DNA of 32,000 bases from Nostoc sp. (GTDB lineage Bacteria > Cyanobacteriota > Cyanobacteriia > Cyanobacteriales > Nostocaceae): NCBI GenBank assembly GCA_036918135.1, contig JBALDB010000024.1, positions 1 through 32,000 of the forward strand. Direction: 5' to 3'. Below the pieces are notes generated by a model. The model saw only the letters and a list, made by a program, of their open reading frames with translations. It was not told where the DNA came from and did not search any database. Every line of letters begins with the position of its first letter. The first letter of the stretch is position 1. Shown piece by piece: positions 28,099 through 32,000 of the stretch. The translations under genes and the position numbers were made by a program.

Positions 28099-28543
28099 CT
28101 AAAATCCGTCGGGGATACTGCTACTCTTAGGCGTATCCCCAGCTTCAAAAGGGATGTTGTCGGGGTCAGGCTCAACAATTTCTGCACTCACAGACTCTTG
28201 TTCAACCTTCGCAGCACCTATTAGTTTGTTAAATTGGGGCATTGAAGGAGCCGAGGGTTTAATACCCTGCGCTCTTAAGAATTCTGCTGTAGAATCCCAC
28301 TCAGAGCGAAGCTGGCTTAGTTTGGTTTCAAGTGTGCGGTAATCTCTTTCTAATTGCCATTTGTAGTCATACAGTTAGTTCTTTAGCTTTAGGCCCAACT
28401 GCTGTCACTGCTTGTTGTCTCAAAGTAGCAACTACATCCTTAACTGTTTCGCCTTCTTCTAGTTCAACCGTAAAACCTACTCGCTCGTTGCTATAGTCTC
28501 CAATTGAGATTAAAAAATGAGCATGGACTAATTTAATTTTCAT
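28099..28543 (-). pseudogene. Phage-like hypothetical protein (146 aa when restored), frameshifted by a 4-bp duplication
   Basis: MKIKLVHAHF...GPKAKE / LYDYKWQLERD...DPDNIPF...IPDGF; AGTTAGTT at 28373-28380. Confidence 0.7.
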
Positions 28544-28593
28544 AATTTGTGTGGTAATTTTGGCAAGTCAACGTTTGATAGTGTTTGAATCGT

Positions 28594-28624
28594 CATCGAC
28601 CGCGTAGCGTTAACACGGTCGATG
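28594..28624 (-). terminator. Stem-loop downstream of the 61-aa ORF
   Basis: CATCGACCG...CGGTCGATG. Confidence 0.5.
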
Positions 28625-28635
28625 CATAAAACACC

Positions 28636-28821
28636 CTATCCTTCAACTTGCTGTGGCTGTGGTTGGTCAAAAATCACCTCAAAAACCCCATCACCTTGGC
28701 GGAGAAGGCTTGCATAAGCATCGGCGTCTGTTCGGGTACGAAGTCGAGCAACGCAAGCATTCTCACCATTGGGCATCAGTCGAAAAATTACCCACGGTCT
28801 AATCTCATCACGGTAAGTCAT
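28636..28821 (-). CDS. Small cyanobacterial-type hypothetical protein (61 aa)
   Basis: MTYRDEIRPWVIFRL...VARLRTRTDADAY resembles a small-protein pattern I recall from cyanobacteria; co-oriented with neighbours. Confidence 0.7.
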   Translation of the reverse strand: MTYRDEIRPWVIFRLMPNGENACVARLRTRTDADAYASLLRQGDGVFEVIFDQPQPQQVEG

Positions 28822-29168
28822 AATTTCAAATCCAAAAACATTTCAAAAAACACCAGCGCAAGCTTTACCAGTCCACGCTGGTGGATTTTCTATAATCCAT
28901 AAAAACGTCTAAGTGAGAGGGTTATTGTTGCATAGGCAATTCTCCCTTAGTAACAAACAAGTTTTGGTTAAGTAGCTGCCAGCAATCAGCTACTGGCAGA
29001 GCAAACAATAATTAGGTGGTTCACAGGGAAAATTTGTATTTTCGTCTAAATTACCTCCAGCTAAACAACATGATTTGCGGCGGAACTCGTGTAGGGATGA
29101 CGCCAAAATTTTAAATTTAGAAATCAGAATTCAAAAGTTTATGTCACTGTTATGTGACTGAACTAGAT

Positions 29169-29360
29169 TTATGACTCGTCGTCGTCATCAATTCTGTTTC
29201 TCTCATCATTTTCTCCTTCAATTTTGATGACCAGTTGATTATCAACAATATCTAGAGAGTCGAGAGAAAATTCCTCTCCAATCTCATCTTCTAGGACTAT
29301 GACTGCATCTGGTGGGAAGGTTTGCAACTTTTCAATTAACTGTTTAACTGTTGTTCTCAT
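29169..29360 (-). CDS. Small acidic phage-like protein (63 aa from ATG 29360)
   Basis: MRTTVKQLIEKLQTFPPDAVIV; GAGG upstream; paralog of the next ORF. Confidence 0.7.
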   Translation of the reverse strand: MRTTVKQLIEKLQTFPPDAVIVLEDEIGEEFSLDSLDIVDNQLVIKIEGENDERNRIDDDDES

Positions 29361-29391
29361 TTTGACCTCGAAGGGGGGGAAGGGGAATTTA

Positions 29392-29580
29392 TTATTTTTT
29401 CTCTTCGTATTCGTATTTCTCGTCGATAACGATCCCATCAATAACAATATTCACGATGTTGCCTCCAGGGTTGAAACCAACGATTCTAAATTCCACATCG
29501 TCTACATCTGTAATGACTACCTTGGTGTCATCACTGTAGTCTTTTAAGTTTTCAATTAACTGTTGAACTGTTGTTGTCAT
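29392..29580 (-). CDS. Small acidic phage-like protein (62 aa)
   Basis: MTTTVQQLIENLKDYSDDTKVV; AGGAG RBS. Confidence 0.75.
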   Translation of the reverse strand: MTTTVQQLIENLKDYSDDTKVVITDVDDVEFRIVGFNPGGNIVNIVIDGIVIDEKYEYEEKK

Positions 29581-29744
29581 GCGGTTATCTCCTGGGTAAG
29601 TGTGCAGTCGAAATAATCACCGCGCAGACAACGCGTGTCTGCACTCCGTCAAGCGTGATTTAGTTGAGGGTGTTTCCGCGCCGGGGAACAATGCCAAGTG
29701 GCGCGAACGAGTTTCTTTCATATATAACTACTGTTAATATATTA

Positions 29745-29799
29745 TATGAATGAAACCTGTCAAGCATTTTATTCATACAAAAAGGTTTTATTCATACAA
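29745..29799. promoter_or_regulatory. Operator-like repeats in the divergent promoter region
   Basis: TTTTATTCATACAA at 29767-29780 and 29786-29799; inverted variant TATGAATGAAA at 29745-29755. Confidence 0.6.
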
Positions 29800-29830
29800 T
29801 AAAATGAGGGTATTGTTGTGACATGCAAAA

Positions 29831-30028
29831 ATGGCCAGACCCAAGAAACTAGCAGAGGACTCAATTCGAGCGACATTTTTGATCAGTCAGAAAGATTGGG
29901 AAGATTTCAGGATTCAAGCCGAGTCAATGGGATTGAACAGGTCAGACCTAATCAGGTTGATTGCTCAACGCAAGATAACTCTAGGAGAACAAGTAAACAC
30001 GGAGACACTACTGCTGGGAAAATCCTAG
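29831..30028 (+). CDS. Ribbon-helix-helix (CopG-like) transcriptional regulator
   Basis: MARPK lead, beta-strand IRATFLI, helix SQKDWEDFRIQAESMG, turn/helix LNRSDLIR. Confidence 0.75.
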   Translation: MARPKKLAEDSIRATFLISQKDWEDFRIQAESMGLNRSDLIRLIAQRKITLGEQVNTETLLLGKS

Positions 30029-30231
30029 AGCGCCTCAAACGCCTTGAAGATAAACATATTTTACATCTCAAATCGCACCAAAATCTTCTGAAGTCTCAGT
30101 TTGATCAGGTTAAAGACGAAGAGGAAAGCTTCCGAAAAGAGGTTCAAGAACTTGAGGAGGAAATTTACAACTTAGTCTCCAGCGAGGATAAGTCTCAGTC
30201 AGCCAGCGAAGAACGCATTGAAGACTCTTAA
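30022..30231 (+). CDS. Coiled-coil segment, probably reached by -1 frameshift from the RHH gene (3' part of ORF 29818..30231)
   Basis: ILERLKRLEDK...FRKEVQELEEEIYNL heptads begin right at the G_GGA_AAA slippery site (30016-30022). Confidence 0.55.
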   Translation: MLERLKRLEDKHILHLKSHQNLLKSQFDQVKDEEESFRKEVQELEEEIYNLVSSEDKSQSASEERIEDS

Positions 30232-30265
30232 AACCGTCCAGCCTGTAAGGGTTAGGGCGGTTTTT
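30230..30265 (+). terminator. Rho-independent terminator
   Basis: AAAACCGTCC...GGGCGGTTTTT directly after the stop at 30231. Confidence 0.65.
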
Positions 30266-30327
30266 GCTATTTGAGCGATCGCGCTTCATGAAGGTCAAGT
30301 GTAATTGTGCAGTGCTTATGAAGTGCG

Positions 30328-30348
30328 TTAGCGTAGCTCGCCGCAGGC
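30328..30348. repeat. 21-nt SDR5-like repeat in a HIP1 site
   Basis: GCG|TTAGCGTAGCTCGCCGCAGGC|ATCGC; one mismatch to 195-215. Confidence 0.85.
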
Positions 30349-30437
30349 ATCGCGGTGATTTTCTTTTAATGGCGATCGCCACGTGATTATGTACGAAATC
30401 ATGTACCGCCGTGGTGGTGGGGACTGGGGAAAGAGCG

Positions 30438-30460
30438 TTAGCGTAGCTCGCCGCTGTTCC
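30438..30460. repeat. 23-nt variant SDR5-like repeat in a HIP1 site
   Basis: GCG|TTAGCGTAGCTCGCCGCTGTTCC|ATCGC. Confidence 0.75.
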
Positions 30461-30464
30461 ATCG

Positions 30465-30737
30465 CAATTGACCAATGACTAACAACTAATGACCAATGAA
30501 CAGAGAACAAGCAATCCTTGACGATGAAAGCCTAAGCTACGGAGTAGAAATTTTAACAGAATCATTCGAGCGTTCTTTACGTAAGCGAATAGGAGAACTC
30601 AAGCAATATCCCGACCCCGAATTAATGGCTTGGAAAAATGCGCTTAACTCGGTTGCCGCAGAAATACAGCAGATATTAAGCACTGAGTACTAGGTGCTTA
30701 CCCAATTGACCAATGACTAATAACTAATGACCAATGA
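30465..30737 (+). repeat. 35-bp direct repeats built of STRR heptamers (30465-30499 and 30703-30737)
   Basis: CAATTGACCAATGACTAA[C/T]AACTAATGACCAATGA, one mismatch. Confidence 0.8.
30496..30693 (+). CDS. Hypothetical protein (65 aa)
   Basis: Helical-looking ORF co-oriented with neighbours. Confidence 0.6.
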   Translation: MNREQAILDDESLSYGVEILTESFERSLRKRIGELKQYPDPELMAWKNALNSVAAEIQQILSTEY

Positions 30738-30892
30738 CTACTCGCCGTAACAGCAAAGTAATAGCCATCAAAATTTACTTTTGCTTCCGTGCTGGGATGA
30801 CACCACGTCAGACATTCCACCATTTAAAAATCAATTACGTCACCTGTAGAAAGTATTTTCGTAAGTTTCGAGAAATGACAAATGATAAGTGA
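30734..30892 (+). CDS. Small basic HTH-like protein (52 aa; below the ORF-track cutoff)
   Basis: MTTRRNSKVIAIKIYFCFRAGMTPRQTFHHLKINYVTCRKYFRKFREMTNDK; the G-x-T-x-x-Q...L-x-I-x-x-x-T-x-x-x-Y spacing is HTH-like. Confidence 0.5.
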   Translation: MTTRRNSKVIAIKIYFCFRAGMTPRQTFHHLKINYVTCRKYFRKFREMTNDK

Positions 30893-30971
30893 CAAGTGAC
30901 TAGAAAAACCAAAAAGCCATCAAAAGATTTCGCGCTCGTGATGGCTTCCAGGATAATAACTGATAGTAATC

Positions 30972-31712
30972 ATGACACAAAATACATTTAAAAACAATCT
31001 TCCGTGGTCGGAAGAACACGAAGCATTCTGCTATTTGCATCATATTCCCCCGGCTGCGAAATCACTTTGGCAATGGCTAATCAGGCAAGGGGAAATAGGG
31101 GACGAGATAGAGCCAGACTTATCAGAATTTAATGCCACAGTTGCAAAATTTAGAGGCAAAGGTTACTCGCACAACTACCTCAAAAAAATCTTTGAGATAC
31201 TGGTATCATGTCGAGTTTTACAAGTAATTAAACAATATTCTTGGAAGATAACCAAGTTACTTGTTAGACCATTGTCATGGTTAAATCCCCCCAAAAAACA
31301 GTCATCAAAAAAGTTACATAACCATAACTCTAGTTACACTTTAGACTCCTCAAACGAGCAATGTGCTGTCGAGACGGATAACAGCAGCAGCAATACTCTT
31401 ACTCCTACCACAGCCGAATTTTGTGAGTTAGAAAAACAACACGAAATACTGACTAGTTGTGCTGAGTATGAAATATACTTTGACCCAAATAAATCATCAA
31501 CTAGGCATTTATTTGAGTTTGATATTGACTACATCAAACAAGCTTTAAATCACTTTGTTAAAAGCGGAGGGCATCAAAAAATCAAAAAACCTCAAGGATG
31601 GTTGATTAACTGTTTACGTGAGTGTTATTGGCAGGATGAGATGTTTAATTTGTCCCAATTCATCCAAGTTTTGAAATCTTGGTTTCCTAGTACCCTGCCA
31701 AGGGATTACTAG
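30972..31712 (+). CDS. Hypothetical protein, possible replication initiator
   Basis: wHTH-like N-terminus (IPPAAKSLWQWL), S/T-rich linker, C-terminal IKKPQGWLINCLRECYW. Confidence 0.6.
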   Translation: MTQNTFKNNLPWSEEHEAFCYLHHIPPAAKSLWQWLIRQGEIGDEIEPDLSEFNATVAKFRGKGYSHNYLKKIFEILVSCRVLQVIKQYSWKITKLLVRPLSWLNPPKKQSSKKLHNHNSSYTLDSSNEQCAVETDNSSSNTLTPTTAEFCELEKQHEILTSCAEYEIYFDPNKSSTRHLFEFDIDYIKQALNHFVKSGGHQKIKKPQGWLINCLRECYWQDEMFNLSQFIQVLKSWFPSTLPRDY

Positions 31713-31732
31713 CAAATAACTGCATATAAAAA

Positions 31733-31754
31733 CTGTCTCCATCGCTGGAGACAG
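31733..31754. terminator. Stem-loop after the 246-aa gene
   Basis: CTGTCTCCA-TCGC-TGGAGACAG. Confidence 0.55.
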
Positions 31755-31882
31755 CGAACATTAAACCAGTCTGACACAAAAATTTAGCGGACAACATATA
31801 TGTTATCCGGCTGGAAATAATGACTCAAAACACCTGCTATGACTGAAGTGTAGATAAATACACAACTTGATGAAATACTGAT

Positions 31883-32000
31883 ATGAGTAGACGTAAAAGT
31901 GCAAAAGAGCTAGAAGAACAATTAAAATACGCCAAAGCACGTGAAGCATATAAAGCACCAGCAACAAGAGAAGAAGGTGCTGCAACTCGCAGACGGCCAA
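31883..32000 (+). CDS. Partial hypothetical protein (MSRRKSAKELEEQLKYAKAREAY...), runs off the window
   Basis: Open frame from ATG 31883 to the window end with protein-like composition, on the same strand as upstream genes. Confidence 0.55.
   Translation, partial: MSRRKSAKELEEQLKYAKAREAYKAPATREEGAATRRRP

Larger units (their letters stand above)
26290..32000. mobile_element. Decayed prophage-like integrated element; continues beyond the window
   Basis: Leftward run of small genes ending in a recombinase, a divergent repeat-containing promoter, then RHH and HTH regulators and a replication-like gene; several broken genes. Left boundary is approximate. Confidence 0.6.

Noticed and set aside
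29361..29447. Extended start for ORF 29169..29447
   Set aside because: It overlaps the upstream paralog; ATG 29360 aligns with the paralog's start and has an RBS.
29818..30021. N-terminal half of ORF 29818..30231 as a real protein from GTG 29818
   Set aside because: It fully overlaps the RHH gene and has shadow-like composition; the frameshift model fits better, though it is not excluded.
30110..30510. Minus-strand ORFs 30110..30475 and 30328..30510
   Set aside because: Built from STRR and SDR repeat sequence and antisense to the rightward arm.
31803..32000. Minus-strand 65-aa Leu-rich ORF
   Set aside because: Antisense of the more plausible plus-strand ORF starting at 31883.

Overview
Filamentous cyanobacterial (Nostocales-like) chromosomal DNA, judged from HIP1 GCGATCGC octamers, STRR heptamer tracts and SDR-type short repeats. 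The housekeeping backbone is ilvB, an MFS transporter, a ferrochelatase-family gene, an FMN reductase, ftsH, an AmpG-type permease and a BadF-type amino-sugar kinase. Four accessory blocks interrupt it. (1) 1-572: an IS630 element disrupted by an IS701 insertion and by a 21-nt HIP1-targeting repeat. (2) 5250-7787: an AT-rich lemA plus frameshifted TPR/DUF3137 gene. (3) About 9200-20650: a co-oriented four-gene island encoding an alpha/beta hydrolase, a gingipain/C25-like clan CD protease (split by an in-frame TGA), a CHAT-STAND-TM-WD40 NLR-like protein and a lipoxygenase. The unrelated hydrolase and lipoxygenase share near-identical short peptides (DVS[FY]G and VSFDT) in acidic segments, suggesting a protease-activated lipid-peroxidation or oxylipin defence cascade; this is the best candidate novel system. 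(4) About 26290 to the window end: a decayed prophage-like element. An IS110-family recombinase with a structured 3' non-coding region sits where an integrase would be, and its RHH regulator appears to use a -1 programmed frameshift. No rRNA, tRNA or CRISPR array was seen. Family calls are from motif recognition only; no searches were run.
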